Counted from the stretch's first letter, positions 1 through 9,383 are shown. The stretch is DNA of 30,903 nt from a virus (IMGVR_UViG_3300020319_000010:1-30903), one strand, 5' to 3'. Translations and numbers: made by a program. Notes: generated from the sequence alone by a model not told the origin.

Positions 1-1062
1 ACTTTTAGTGGTAGTGCTACCGTAAATATTACTGCATCTGATACTGTAAACATTTCTGGATCTGATACTGTAAATACTGTACCACCATACTATGCTCTTT
101 GTTATATTTACTGTACAGCTGCTGGTAGTAATCAAACTTTTATTGGACTATCTGATACACCCATTTCACATAGTAATGGTAAGTATTTACAATCTAATGG
201 TAGTTCTCTTGTATGGGCTGATGGAACAAGTGGAGGAGGAGGTTCTTCAAACTTTACTGGACTTTCTGACACACCATCATCATTAACTGCTGGTAAATGG
301 TTGAAGGTAAATGCAGGTGGTACTGCTTTAGAATATACTGATGCTCCTTCAACATTTTCTGGATCTTATAATGATCTGACAAATAAACCAACTTTATTTT
401 CTGGATCTTATAATGATCTGACAAATAAACCAACTTTATTTTCTGGATCTTATACTGACCTAACAAATAAACCAACAATCCCAACAGCAACAAGTCAATT
501 AACTAATGATTCTGGATTTATTACTTCTGGTGGAGGTGGTGGTAGTAGAACTTATATACTTGATAATGTATCAATGGCTAATTGGGGAGCAACCCACACA
601 GTAACTGGAATTCCGACTAGTAGCACTACAAGTGCTTTCAAAAGAATTACAATTTTACTTCAACAAGTTGGAGTTGCTAATACAGGAACATGGCAATTAC
701 GATTACGTGTAGGAACTTCTAATAATGGAATTGATTCCTCAACATATTATAGTTCTGCATCCACTGATGGTGCTGGCAACACATATACTTCTGATACTTC
801 TTTTATTATTGGTAGATCTGCATCTAATTCAATACCTTATATAAGTGGAGTTATAACAATTGATAGATTGGGAGATACTATTATACAAAATCATACAGTT
901 ATAGAAACTTATATAGGAACTCCTTCTAGTAATAAAATTTTCACTGGTTCAGGACATCAAGTTGTTTTCCAAGCTGATAATTTTGACAGAATTGAGTTTG
1001 GCGTAATTCAAGCTGCAGGTGTAATTAACGCTGGTAAAATTTCTATGTACGCTGAATTTTAG
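1..1062 (+). CDS. Tail fibre protein, C-terminal part (5' end outside window)
   Basis: Frame 1 is open from base 1 (TFSGSATVN...PPYYALCYI...) into the 301..1062 ORF, so the TTG start in the track is not the true start. It has the PPYYALCYI fibre motif, FxGLSDTP x2, SGSYNDLTNKP repeats, poly-Gly hinges and a C-terminal beta-rich tip domain. Confidence 0.8.
   Translation, partial: TFSGSATVNITASDTVNISGSDTVNTVPPYYALCYIYCTAAGSNQTFIGLSDTPISHSNGKYLQSNGSSLVWADGTSGGGGSSNFTGLSDTPSSLTAGKWLKVNAGGTALEYTDAPSTFSGSYNDLTNKPTLFSGSYNDLTNKPTLFSGSYTDLTNKPTIPTATSQLTNDSGFITSGGGGGSRTYILDNVSMANWGATHTVTGIPTSSTTSAFKRITILLQQVGVANTGTWQLRLRVGTSNNGIDSSTYYSSASTDGAGNTYTSDTSFIIGRSASNSIPYISGVITIDRLGDTIIQNHTVIETYIGTPSSNKIFTGSGHQVVFQADNFDRIEFGVIQAAGVINAGKISMYAEF
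355..480 (+). repeat. 3 x 42-bp tandem repeat encoding FSGSY(N/T)DLTNKPT(L/I)
   Basis: TTTTCTGGATCTTATAATGATCTGACAAATAAACCAACTTTA is identical at 355 and 397, with a diverged copy at 439. Confidence 0.95.
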
Positions 1063-1065
1063 TCG

Positions 1066-1073
1066 TATAAATA
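1066..1073 (+). promoter_or_regulatory. T4-type late promoter TATAAATA
   Basis: Exact consensus in the intergenic gap, 18 nt before the ATG at 1092. Confidence 0.8.
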
Positions 1074-1091
1074 TTACTATATTACCATTAT

Positions 1092-1349
1092 ATGATTATG
1101 GATCCCGCAAGTTTAAAAGTTGAATTTGACAAACAATTAAAAGACGCTGAAGCAAAAATTGTAGAAGCAGAAAAAAATTTAAAACAACTTAACGAATATA
1201 AAACAAAATTATTGGGTGGACTAGAAACTCTAGAGTTACTTTCCCCAAAGACCGAGGGGACATCGGATGGAGTCCCAGAGTCATCGCCAGTTCCCCCCGT
1301 GTCCGCAGAGGTGACCCCTTTAGAACCCACAGCGGTCTCTTCTGACTAA
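1092..1349 (+). CDS. Small coiled-coil hypothetical protein (85 aa)
   Basis: Heptad-rich N-terminal half (KQLKDAEAKIVEAEKNLKQLNEYK..LLGGLETLELL) with a low-complexity P/S/E tail; sits behind a late promoter. Confidence 0.75.
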   Translation: MIMDPASLKVEFDKQLKDAEAKIVEAEKNLKQLNEYKTKLLGGLETLELLSPKTEGTSDGVPESSPVPPVSAEVTPLEPTAVSSD

Positions 1350-1375
1350 ATAACCGTAGGGTATATTTTAGTTAA

Positions 1376-1939
1376 ATGCCAGCAACAACAAAGAAGAACG
1401 TACAACCGTCTAATACGATTGAGTTCCAAAGACAGGTTATTAACGATATGGCAGGAGATCTGCATAGTATCTTTGCGGGTACTGCTGCGATCAATGCTGC
1501 TACTATTCAGATTGCTGGTGCGGACATAGGAAATATTTCTGATGTAATGGATCAGACTATATTTTTCTATTACGGTGGATTTACAGCGGACACTACTATA
1601 TCAGCACCTGCAAAAATAGCAGAAATCTACAGTCATGAAGACTCAGAGGTTAATGTTGATGATGGTCTTACGTTAACTATAGATGATGATTGTGCTTTAT
1701 CTATTGCAGATAAGACTACTTATGAGTTCTTTTCCACTAGTACCGAGCAAACTAATATACAGAAAATTGCAGGTTTTGCTGACAATATAAGAACTTCTAT
1801 AACAAAAGATATGGCGATGGATGGTATTAAGAGGGTTGGATTCATAAAAGTTCCAGACCAATTTACCGATGATGTTGCTATAGAGATTGATGACACTTTT
1901 ACGTTGACCATTGATGATGGTGCAGTCGTAATTATATAA
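1376..1939 (+). CDS. Hypothetical, probably virion structural protein (187 aa)
   Basis: Acidic, with an internal duplication (VNVDDGLTLTIDDDCALSI / IEIDDTFTLTIDDGAVVII); a CTAAATA late-promoter variant lies at about 1346. Confidence 0.7.
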   Translation: MPATTKKNVQPSNTIEFQRQVINDMAGDLHSIFAGTAAINAATIQIAGADIGNISDVMDQTIFFYYGGFTADTTISAPAKIAEIYSHEDSEVNVDDGLTLTIDDDCALSIADKTTYEFFSTSTEQTNIQKIAGFADNIRTSITKDMAMDGIKRVGFIKVPDQFTDDVAIEIDDTFTLTIDDGAVVII

Positions 1940-1942
1940 ATA
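1935..1942 (+). promoter_or_regulatory. T4-type late promoter TATAAATA
   Basis: Exact consensus overlapping the stop of the 187-aa gene, upstream of the 731-aa gene. Confidence 0.75.
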
Positions 1943-1981
1943 ACACAGATAAGAACTGCCAAAACTACGGAATAGCATAGT

Positions 1982-4177
1982 ATGTCAACATTAAGAGTAG
2001 ACAAGATTAAAGGTCGTACTGGTACGACTGTCACAATACCAGATTCACAGAACCTTACAGTCACAGGTGGTCTGACGGTTAGTGGTACGCAGTCTTTTGC
2101 TGCTGGTGCTCAATTGAACCTTCAAGGTACTAATATTAACAGTGGTACTAGAGGAGATGTTCTTTATTACGACACAAATGGTCAGATTGCTAGATTGAAT
2201 ATCGGTGCTACTGGATCAGTTCTTAAATCTGATGGAACTGATGTTGTTTGGGGAAGTATTGGTGGTACTCCTAACATCTATTATGTTGCTACTAATGGTG
2301 TTGACGTTGCAGGTCGTGGTGGATCTATTGACACAGCATGGAAAACACTTAAATACGCTTCAGCAAATATTACCACACCAACCGCAACTACTCCCGCAGT
2401 TATTATCGTAAAAGGTGGTGTATACGAAGAGACACAACTTCCAATTGTTGTTCCTCCATTTACAACAATTGCTGGTGATAGTCTAAGAGCTACTATTATT
2501 AAACCTGCTTCTGGACTAGACTCTGGTGGTTCAGTTCTTAACACACGTTCTGTTCTATTCCGTTGTAGTAATGGTGTTGTTATTCAAGATATGATTCTTG
2601 ATGGTATGGGTGGATATACAGCAGGTAATCCTGGTCATGCTCCAGAAAATGCAACACTTGGTGGTACTTACTTCGCACTTAATGCAGGTAGTTCTATTGC
2701 TGATAAATCACCATACATCTATAACGTCACATCATTTGGTGCTGGTGCTACTGGTGCTGTTATTGATGGATCATTACATGGTGGTGGAAACAGAAGTATG
2801 TTATTCCATACTTATACTGCTATTCATAGTGATGGATTAGGAATATGGTGTAATAATGCAGGTAAAGCAGAAATTATTCAATGTTTTACTTATTATTGTC
2901 AAGTTGGTTTTGCTTCAACTAGTGGTGCTAAGATACGTTCTGTTAGTTCTAGTAACTCATATGGTGAGTATGGTGTATACGCTGCTGGATTTGATTCTTC
3001 TGAAACAGCAAATTCAGGTCAAGTTAAAGGTACTATGCTCACATATACCAATGTTATTACCGTACCGTTTACTAATGGTGAGCAAATTACTGGTGGTTCA
3101 TCTGGTGCAACTGCATATGTTGTTAACGTACAGGCAGAACCGAAAAGAATTTATATTGTAGGTAAGGTAGGAACATTCCAAGCAAGTGAAACTGTAACAG
3201 GTGGAAGTTCTGGTGCAACTGCAACTCTTGCTGCTGCTTCATTTGATACTAATCAGTCAGGAAGAGTTCTTGTAACGTCATTTTCAACTTCAGCTGATGC
3301 TGGTGATGCATTAACATTTGCTGGAACTGATGGTAATGCTTATCAGATTCAAACAGTAAGTTCTGTAACAGCAAATAGTATTGCGTATCATGTATTAATA
3401 TTTTCTACATCCAGACCAACACCTGTACCTGAAAATACACAGGTTTCTGCTAGAAAAGAATTTAGTGTTGTCAGATTAACAGGTCATGACTTCTTGAGTG
3501 TTGGTACTGGTGGATCAGATACAACTAATTGGCCAAATTCACCAACACAACCTGCATCACAGGCAGATCAAATTATAACAAACACAACTGACCCAGGACG
3601 AGTTTATTATACTGCAACTGATGAAAATGGTAATTTCTATGTTGGAGAATTCTTCAAGGTAGATCAGGCAACTGGTAAAGTTACTCTTGATTCTTCTGCC
3701 TTTGATCTAAAAGGTCTTGAGTCATTACAGTTAGGTTCTATTGGTGGTCTTATTGGTGCTTCTATCAATGAATTTACAACTGATGGAACATTCTCTCAAA
3801 ATAGTGATGTTAAAGTTCCAACTCAGGGTGCTGTTAAAACATATGTTGATACCGTCAACAATATTAATCCAACTGGAGGAACGCTAACTGTTGCTGGTAA
3901 CCTAACAATTACTGGTACTACAACAACAGTTAATAGTACAACACTTTCAGTTGCTGATAATGAAATTGATTTGAGAACTGGTAATAACATTACCGCTGGT
4001 GATGGTGGTATAAGAGTTGTTTTAACAACAGATGGATCTGGAAATATTCAAACTTCTAGAACTATTCGTTGGAATAACAGTGTAGGTAAGTGGCAGTTCA
4101 CAGAGGATGGCACAGCTTACAAAAATATGGGAAGTGGTGGTATTGCCATGTCCTACTTCTGTGGGTCTTTCACATAA
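1982..4177 (+). CDS. Tail fibre/spike-like structural protein with predicted beta-helix (pectin-lyase-like) region (731 aa)
   Basis: Fibre-type start MSTLRVDKIKGRTG; YYVATNG..G.SIDTAWKTLKYA..VIIVKGGVYEE..P..V..GDSLR beta-helix cap motif; G/T/S-rich; paralogous to 14848..19890. Confidence 0.8.
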   Translation: MSTLRVDKIKGRTGTTVTIPDSQNLTVTGGLTVSGTQSFAAGAQLNLQGTNINSGTRGDVLYYDTNGQIARLNIGATGSVLKSDGTDVVWGSIGGTPNIYYVATNGVDVAGRGGSIDTAWKTLKYASANITTPTATTPAVIIVKGGVYEETQLPIVVPPFTTIAGDSLRATIIKPASGLDSGGSVLNTRSVLFRCSNGVVIQDMILDGMGGYTAGNPGHAPENATLGGTYFALNAGSSIADKSPYIYNVTSFGAGATGAVIDGSLHGGGNRSMLFHTYTAIHSDGLGIWCNNAGKAEIIQCFTYYCQVGFASTSGAKIRSVSSSNSYGEYGVYAAGFDSSETANSGQVKGTMLTYTNVITVPFTNGEQITGGSSGATAYVVNVQAEPKRIYIVGKVGTFQASETVTGGSSGATATLAAASFDTNQSGRVLVTSFSTSADAGDALTFAGTDGNAYQIQTVSSVTANSIAYHVLIFSTSRPTPVPENTQVSARKEFSVVRLTGHDFLSVGTGGSDTTNWPNSPTQPASQADQIITNTTDPGRVYYTATDENGNFYVGEFFKVDQATGKVTLDSSAFDLKGLESLQLGSIGGLIGASINEFTTDGTFSQNSDVKVPTQGAVKTYVDTVNNINPTGGTLTVAGNLTITGTTTTVNSTTLSVADNEIDLRTGNNITAGDGGIRVVLTTDGSGNIQTSRTIRWNNSVGKWQFTEDGTAYKNMGSGGIAMSYFCGSFT

Positions 4178-4179
4178 AT

Positions 4180-4187
4180 TATAAATA
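4180..4187 (+). promoter_or_regulatory. T4-type late promoter TATAAATA
   Basis: Exact consensus, followed by an AAGGAG Shine-Dalgarno and the ATG at 4212. Confidence 0.8.
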
Positions 4188-4211
4188 CATACTACAAGGA
4201 GCAATAATACA

Positions 4212-4523
4212 ATGGCATCAGGAGTACAAGCAGCTAGCAAACCAGGAGCAAATAGCTGGACAGATTTATTTACAGCATCAACACCAATAGTTATTAACGT
4301 CTCTGCTTGCAATAGAGCAGGATCAACAACAGATGTTTCTATGGCAGTAACTCCACAAGGAGCTTCCAGAGGAACAGAACACGAAATTGAATCAGGAACT
4401 GACGTTTTAACAACTTCTGTTATTGAAAGAACAGGTATTGTTCTTGGAACAGGAGATAAATTATCAGTCACTTCCGCTAATGGAGATGTGGCGTTTGTGT
4501 GTTGGGGTGTTGAACTCGGTTAA
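4212..4523 (+). CDS. Small beta-sandwich-like protein, putative fibre adaptor (103 aa)
   Basis: Good RBS and late promoter; alternating beta pattern (VINVSACNR, VIERTGIVLGTGDKLSV, VAFVCWGVE); directly after a fibre gene. Function is inferred. Confidence 0.7.
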   Translation: MASGVQAASKPGANSWTDLFTASTPIVINVSACNRAGSTTDVSMAVTPQGASRGTEHEIESGTDVLTTSVIERTGIVLGTGDKLSVTSANGDVAFVCWGVELG

Positions 4524-4545
4524 CCATAAGTGAGGAGACACTATC

Positions 4546-5115
4546 ATGGGTAGATCATTTAAAGGAACAGCATTACCACCTGAACCAACTAAGTTGGTTC
4601 ATTCAGGTGAGTATGTTTGTACTGAACAAAAATATAATAGTGAAATTACTAACCAAACTATTTGGACGTACAACTTTGATAAAAAGAAAAGTGCTACAGA
4701 AACTTGGTTACATATGTCTTGTATGTGGAATGGGTTAGAAGCGTATTCTTATGCTCCATCTCCTTGCATTAGAGCATCTAACCAGACAGGTGATACTAGA
4801 TTTGTTGGATCTAATTATTTTTGGAGTCATACAGGTGGTACTGAGCAAGAATGGCTTATTTATTCTACTCAGAACAGTGCTCACTCAGAAACTTTAGATG
4901 GTTATTCTGGTAATATTACACAAGGTAATATAGGAGCAGGTACTGTTCCTATTATTATTAGATGGGAAACTGCTAATGGTAGTGGTAATAGACCTGGACA
5001 TACTTTTTGTCCAAACCGAAATTCTGGTTCTGGTAGTGGTGGTAATGGTTCTAACGATACTCGTGGAGATACTATTTGGTATGGGTACATAAGAGTTTGG
5101 GAGATTGCATACTAA
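4546..5115 (+). CDS. Hypothetical protein, paralogue A of three (putative fibre-tip/adhesin domain, 189 aa)
   Basis: GAGGAG RBS; shares motifs with the next two ORFs (F.K.K, GAG, W...RP, C-terminal D.R...VWE). Confidence 0.75.
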   Translation: MGRSFKGTALPPEPTKLVHSGEYVCTEQKYNSEITNQTIWTYNFDKKKSATETWLHMSCMWNGLEAYSYAPSPCIRASNQTGDTRFVGSNYFWSHTGGTEQEWLIYSTQNSAHSETLDGYSGNITQGNIGAGTVPIIIRWETANGSGNRPGHTFCPNRNSGSGSGGNGSNDTRGDTIWYGYIRVWEIAY

Positions 5116-5660
5116 TGGCAAGAAATCTATTAAACACACCTGCTTCTGGGAATGAAGGTGGAATCATCAAGATTACAACATGGAAAAACGAATCTAGATA
5201 TCAAATGAGTGCTGTAAGTGGCAATTCTGGTCGGGATGATTTTCTAGGTAATCAATCTATAAGTTTCACAAAAGAAAAATCTAACAGTGATTCTTATATG
5301 TTTGTAACAGGAATTATACCAGGACTAGGATGTCCTAACTATCCTCAAATTGGTTGTATGTGTACAATAGACGATTTATATGTTCCATATACTGATACTA
5401 ATGGTCCTCGTACTGGTGCTGGTGGAGGTGGAATGTTCTATTGTGGTCCTGACAAAAGTAATGAAGGAAACTTAGGAATTGTTCATAAATCATTCAAAGA
5501 GTGGAACATTGCAGCAGGATCTCATACACTTACAGCTGGTTGGAATGCTAATAGTGCTGTAAGACCATTTATCATATTGAATCCTAATGTTAGTGATCAA
5601 AACAGATTTCAGCAAACTGCATCTCATATTTGCATATATGAAATGAGTAAAACATCATAG
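5115..5660 (+). CDS. Hypothetical protein, paralogue B of three (181 aa)
   Basis: True start is most likely the ATG at 5115 (TAATG overlap with the upstream stop), giving MARNLL..; motifs FTKEK, AAGS, W, RPF..LNPN.SD..R, IYE. Confidence 0.75.
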   Translation: MARNLLNTPASGNEGGIIKITTWKNESRYQMSAVSGNSGRDDFLGNQSISFTKEKSNSDSYMFVTGIIPGLGCPNYPQIGCMCTIDDLYVPYTDTNGPRTGAGGGGMFYCGPDKSNEGNLGIVHKSFKEWNIAAGSHTLTAGWNANSAVRPFIILNPNVSDQNRFQQTASHICIYEMSKTS

Positions 5661-5669
5661 GTAACCATC

Positions 5670-6191
5670 ATGGCACGTAAAATTATAGGAACAAAAACAG
5701 CAATTGAAAGAGATAAACTTATCAATGTAACTCATTTCTGGAATATTAATAGAAATTCTATTTCTACTTCTTCTAATGGTACACTTTGGACTGGAAGTTT
5801 TACTAAATTGAAAGATGCTACAGAATCATGGATATTATTGGATGGTATGATACCCGCAGTTCAAAACTATTCTGACCAATGTGGTACTTTTGCTGAGTTA
5901 GATGGAGCAGACACAAATAATGATGCTCCTAGATATGAGGGAATTTATTATGGTGGTGTGAATGAATCTAACAACTGGGCAAGATTTATATTACAAGTTC
6001 ATCGTATCATAAAAAATGATGATTCTACACAAGAATTAGGAGCAGGTAGTAGAACTTGGAAAATAGGTTGGTATCCACGTAACGGTAGTTCAGGAGAAAA
6101 ACCTTTCGGAATTATAAATCCAAACTCAAGTGATGACGCAAGAAATAATCAATATGGATCCTACATGTCTGTATGGGAGTATAGATACTAA
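5670..6191 (+). CDS. Hypothetical protein, paralogue C of three (173 aa)
   Basis: MARKII start; WTGSFTKLKDATESW, GAGS, W, KPF..INPN.SD..R, VWE. Confidence 0.75.
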   Translation: MARKIIGTKTAIERDKLINVTHFWNINRNSISTSSNGTLWTGSFTKLKDATESWILLDGMIPAVQNYSDQCGTFAELDGADTNNDAPRYEGIYYGGVNESNNWARFILQVHRIIKNDDSTQELGAGSRTWKIGWYPRNGSSGEKPFGIINPNSSDDARNNQYGSYMSVWEYRY

Positions 6192-6239
6192 CTAAAGATT
6201 ATGGCAGCAATTCCAGGTTAATCATCTGAATTTTACATT

Positions 6240-6806
6240 ATGCTTGAACAAAATATTTTTTCTGATTTTATCGTATCAGAAATACTTGATGTTGATCAAA
6301 AATTATTAGAAGAAGAATTAAAAACAGTAAAAGAAAATTTTCCTTCAACTAATAGGTCAAATATTGGTGGATATCAATCACCTTTATTCGGTTCTCTTGG
6401 TATAGCAGTTCCATATCCATATCAACAATTTGATAATTTAAGATCTGCTGTTACAAGTTTTGCTCAAGATTATTGTTTCTCTAGACTTGATGCAAAGATA
6501 TCGTCAACTCAATTTTGTTGGTGGTTAAATTCTAATTTTTATGGACACTTCAATCAGATTCATAATCATAAAAGATGTGATTTGGTTGGATTATATTATC
6601 TTAAAGCACCACCTAAGAGTGGTAACTTAATATTAGTTCGTAATGATGGATCTACATACACAGAACTTTTTAAATATCATGAATATCATGTTACTCCCGA
6701 AGAGGGAAGATTGTATTTGTTTCCTGGACATTTGTGGCATTTAGTGATGCCACATGAATCTGATGAAGAAAGAGTTAGTGTATCGTTTAATCTGTATGCG
6801 AGCTAA
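6240..6806 (+). CDS. Putative 2OG-Fe(II) oxygenase (TIGR02466-like)
   Basis: SNIGGYQS, W.N.N...HFN..HNH...LVGLYY, EG.LYLFP..LWHLV.P, ERVSVSFN: HxH...H metal triad plus terminal RxS. Confidence 0.85.
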   Translation: MLEQNIFSDFIVSEILDVDQKLLEEELKTVKENFPSTNRSNIGGYQSPLFGSLGIAVPYPYQQFDNLRSAVTSFAQDYCFSRLDAKISSTQFCWWLNSNFYGHFNQIHNHKRCDLVGLYYLKAPPKSGNLILVRNDGSTYTELFKYHEYHVTPEEGRLYLFPGHLWHLVMPHESDEERVSVSFNLYAS

Positions 6807-6836
6807 ATACATTTAGGAAAATAGTAGTTTGTAGTA

Positions 6837-7172
6837 ATGGCAGCGATTCCACTAAATTTATTACTGGAAAAAGGTACTGATTGGGATGCTACCTTTAATA
6901 TCCAGAATGAAGATAACACAACCCCACTCAATTTGACTGGGTATACAGCAGAAGCTAAGATGAAGAAGAGTTATTACTCTACTGCGTCAACGAGTTTTGT
7001 TGTTACATTTGTGGATCGTTATAATGGTCAGTTAAAAATTGGTATGACTAATACTAATACTGCTGCACTGGAAGCAAGACGTTATGTATATGATATAGTT
7101 TTGACATCACCGCAAAGTGTAAAAACACGAGTTATAGAAGGAATTATTGAAGTAACACCAGGAGTTACCTAA
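6837..7172 (+). CDS. Virion structural protein, small beta-sandwich (BppU-N/LtfC-like) (111 aa)
   Basis: L.LEKGTDW..TF, PLNLTGYTAEAKMKKSY, RYVYDIVL, TRVIEG.IEV.PGVT pattern typical of cyanomyovirus fibre-attachment proteins. Confidence 0.7.
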   Translation: MAAIPLNLLLEKGTDWDATFNIQNEDNTTPLNLTGYTAEAKMKKSYYSTASTSFVVTFVDRYNGQLKIGMTNTNTAALEARRYVYDIVLTSPQSVKTRVIEGIIEVTPGVT

Positions 7173-7897
7173 TGCCTAATTATAACGTATCAGTAAAATC
7201 TTCCAACTATCAGGTTCTCTCAGAACCACAGAAGAAATATAATGTAGGGGTCAACTATGAAATACCTAGTAAATATCTTCAATATGGTAATGAGATACTT
7301 AACACATCTAGTTGGGTATTTAATGGAACCAATACTGGGTTTCCATTAATTGATAATTCTGGTGATGCGTATACTCCTGCAAATGATCAACAACTAATTG
7401 TTGCAGTTGATGGATTAGTACAGGTTCCAGGTATTGATTATAGTACCAGTGGAACTAATTTAGTTTTTACTACTCCACCAACATCAGGACAAAAGGTATA
7501 TGTTGTAGGACTATCTACAACTGCGGACTTAACAAGAACAATTAACTTTGTTGTTGACGCTGGTTCCGCACCAATGTCTTCAGGTATTAAAGGGGAAATG
7601 ACTCTTGATGTATCTGGGAAAATTGAATCTTGGACTATTATTGGAGATCAAGCTGCTCAAATTCAGTTTGATATCAAGAAGGTTGATCTTGCAAACTTCC
7701 CTAATTATTCATCAATATGTGGTACAGAAAAACCACAATTAGGTGATATTGGACAGGGAACTACGCAACGTATCAATACAAATACAACACTTTCCACGTG
7801 GAATACCGCATTGACCGCTGGAGATATTTTACAATTTGAAATTGTATATGCTATAAATATACAGAGGTGTGTAGTTTCAATGAAGCTGGCACTTTAA
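7172..7897 (+). CDS. Virion structural protein (241 aa)
   Basis: TAATG coupling; QLIVAVDGLVQVPGIDYSTSGTNLVFTTPP motif common in baseplate/fibre proteins. Confidence 0.75.
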   Translation: MPNYNVSVKSSNYQVLSEPQKKYNVGVNYEIPSKYLQYGNEILNTSSWVFNGTNTGFPLIDNSGDAYTPANDQQLIVAVDGLVQVPGIDYSTSGTNLVFTTPPTSGQKVYVVGLSTTADLTRTINFVVDAGSAPMSSGIKGEMTLDVSGKIESWTIIGDQAAQIQFDIKKVDLANFPNYSSICGTEKPQLGDIGQGTTQRINTNTTLSTWNTALTAGDILQFEIVYAINIQRCVVSMKLAL

Positions 7898-7903
7898 TAA
7901 ATA
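7896..7903 (+). promoter_or_regulatory. Late promoter variant AATAAATA
   Basis: At the gene boundary, followed by a GAGGAG RBS and the ATG at 7941; an exact TATAAATA also lies at 7852-7859 inside the upstream gene. Confidence 0.6.
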
Positions 7904-7940
7904 ACTAAACATAGGAACAGAACACGAGGAGTAAACTTAA

Positions 7941-9383
7941 ATGGCACTGCTAGTTACCGACCAGGGTGAGATTGATTCACTCCGTACTTTATTGAATGCT
8001 ACACATGAGATTCCAAGGAATTTGGTACTGAAACTTTACACAGGACCTACAACAGCACCTTCGGAACAGGATGTGCCTTCCGCAACAAAGTATTTTGAAC
8101 CATACAACGCTAGTAACAATAGCGGATATGGATCAGCACCTACTACAGGTTATCCTTTAGTAGTTAATAATAGAACTGAGGAAGATCAAGATTTTTCTGC
8201 ACAATACGGTATTCTCCTAAATGGTAACCGTTGGACAATTGCCACTACTGCTGCTGCTGTCGCTACTCCTACAATCTCTGGTACTACTGGTACATATCAA
8301 ATTGTTGTTTCAAGCAATGCTGATATTAAAAAAGGAGACTATGTAACTACTGCTGCTGGTATTCCTGCAAACACCTATGTCGTTGATATTGATGGTAACA
8401 ATATTGAGTTAAGTCAAAAACTAACTGCAACTATTACTTCTGGTACAGCATCTGCATTTGGTAGAGGAAGAACAACTGCTACTTATCCTGAGCAAATTTT
8501 CACATTTACAGCAGCTGCTGGTGATGTTTATGGATATTACTTAGCACGTGCTAACAATATGCCTGTCACACTTCAAGGTGTTGTTGATGGTGGAACTGTT
8601 GCTGCTCTTGGTACTTCAATTGAAAAAGCAGAATGCAAAGGAGTTATTGGTAATACTTACATTGAACTAAAAGATTCAACTGTAGTTAGTGCTATTAGTT
8701 CTGGTGCTCAAAACGGTTTCGTGATTACAGTTGCTTCTGGAACTGGAGTTGTTAAAGGACAGAAAGTATCTGGTACAAATATTCCAGCAGAGACACGTGT
8801 TGTTGGTGTTGCTACTAATGACATTTTCTTAGACAAAGCAATTACAGGTGGTAATGCTTCTGGTAATGCTACATTTACAAAAAATGTTGCTGAAGAATTA
8901 ACTATTGGACAAGTAGTTACTAAAACAGGTGGTGGTGGACAAGGAGGTCCTGATGCATTCCCTGCAAGTACAACTATCATAGGTATTGATCTTGCAACTA
9001 AATCTGGTGAGCAAGGACCACGTGTTTATCTAAGTAATGCTCTTACAGATAACATTGGTACAGCAAGTAGTAATGATAAAGTAGACTTTGATTACTCAGT
9101 TATGACAACAGATCCTAGTGGTTCTGCTGTTGATCACAATCTAAATCCTGGCGATGTTATTTACATTGGGCAAGGTACTTCAAGTACAATTACTGCACAA
9201 CATTATACAATTCATACTGTTCCAACAAATAGTACATTTACTACAACACCTGCTCTTTCAGGAACTGGAGATGCTACTATTTACAGCAGCATATTCTTCG
9301 CAGAGAAGTTTACAAATGGTCCTTACAGTATTCAAAACAACGGTGACCAAATTAAGGTTACTCTAAATGTCAGCCTAGACTGA
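7941..9383 (+). CDS. Virion structural protein with repeated small beta domains (480 aa)
   Basis: Strong RBS; three copies of a G..V.G..IP..T.V..I.....I.LS motif; T/G/A-rich. Confidence 0.75.
   Translation: MALLVTDQGEIDSLRTLLNATHEIPRNLVLKLYTGPTTAPSEQDVPSATKYFEPYNASNNSGYGSAPTTGYPLVVNNRTEEDQDFSAQYGILLNGNRWTIATTAAAVATPTISGTTGTYQIVVSSNADIKKGDYVTTAAGIPANTYVVDIDGNNIELSQKLTATITSGTASAFGRGRTTATYPEQIFTFTAAAGDVYGYYLARANNMPVTLQGVVDGGTVAALGTSIEKAECKGVIGNTYIELKDSTVVSAISSGAQNGFVITVASGTGVVKGQKVSGTNIPAETRVVGVATNDIFLDKAITGGNASGNATFTKNVAEELTIGQVVTKTGGGGQGGPDAFPASTTIIGIDLATKSGEQGPRVYLSNALTDNIGTASSNDKVDFDYSVMTTDPSGSAVDHNLNPGDVIYIGQGTSSTITAQHYTIHTVPTNSTFTTTPALSGTGDATIYSSIFFAEKFTNGPYSIQNNGDQIKVTLNVSLD

Noticed and set aside
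355-480. CRISPR-like array
   Set aside because: Units are contiguous with no spacers and are in-frame coding repeats.
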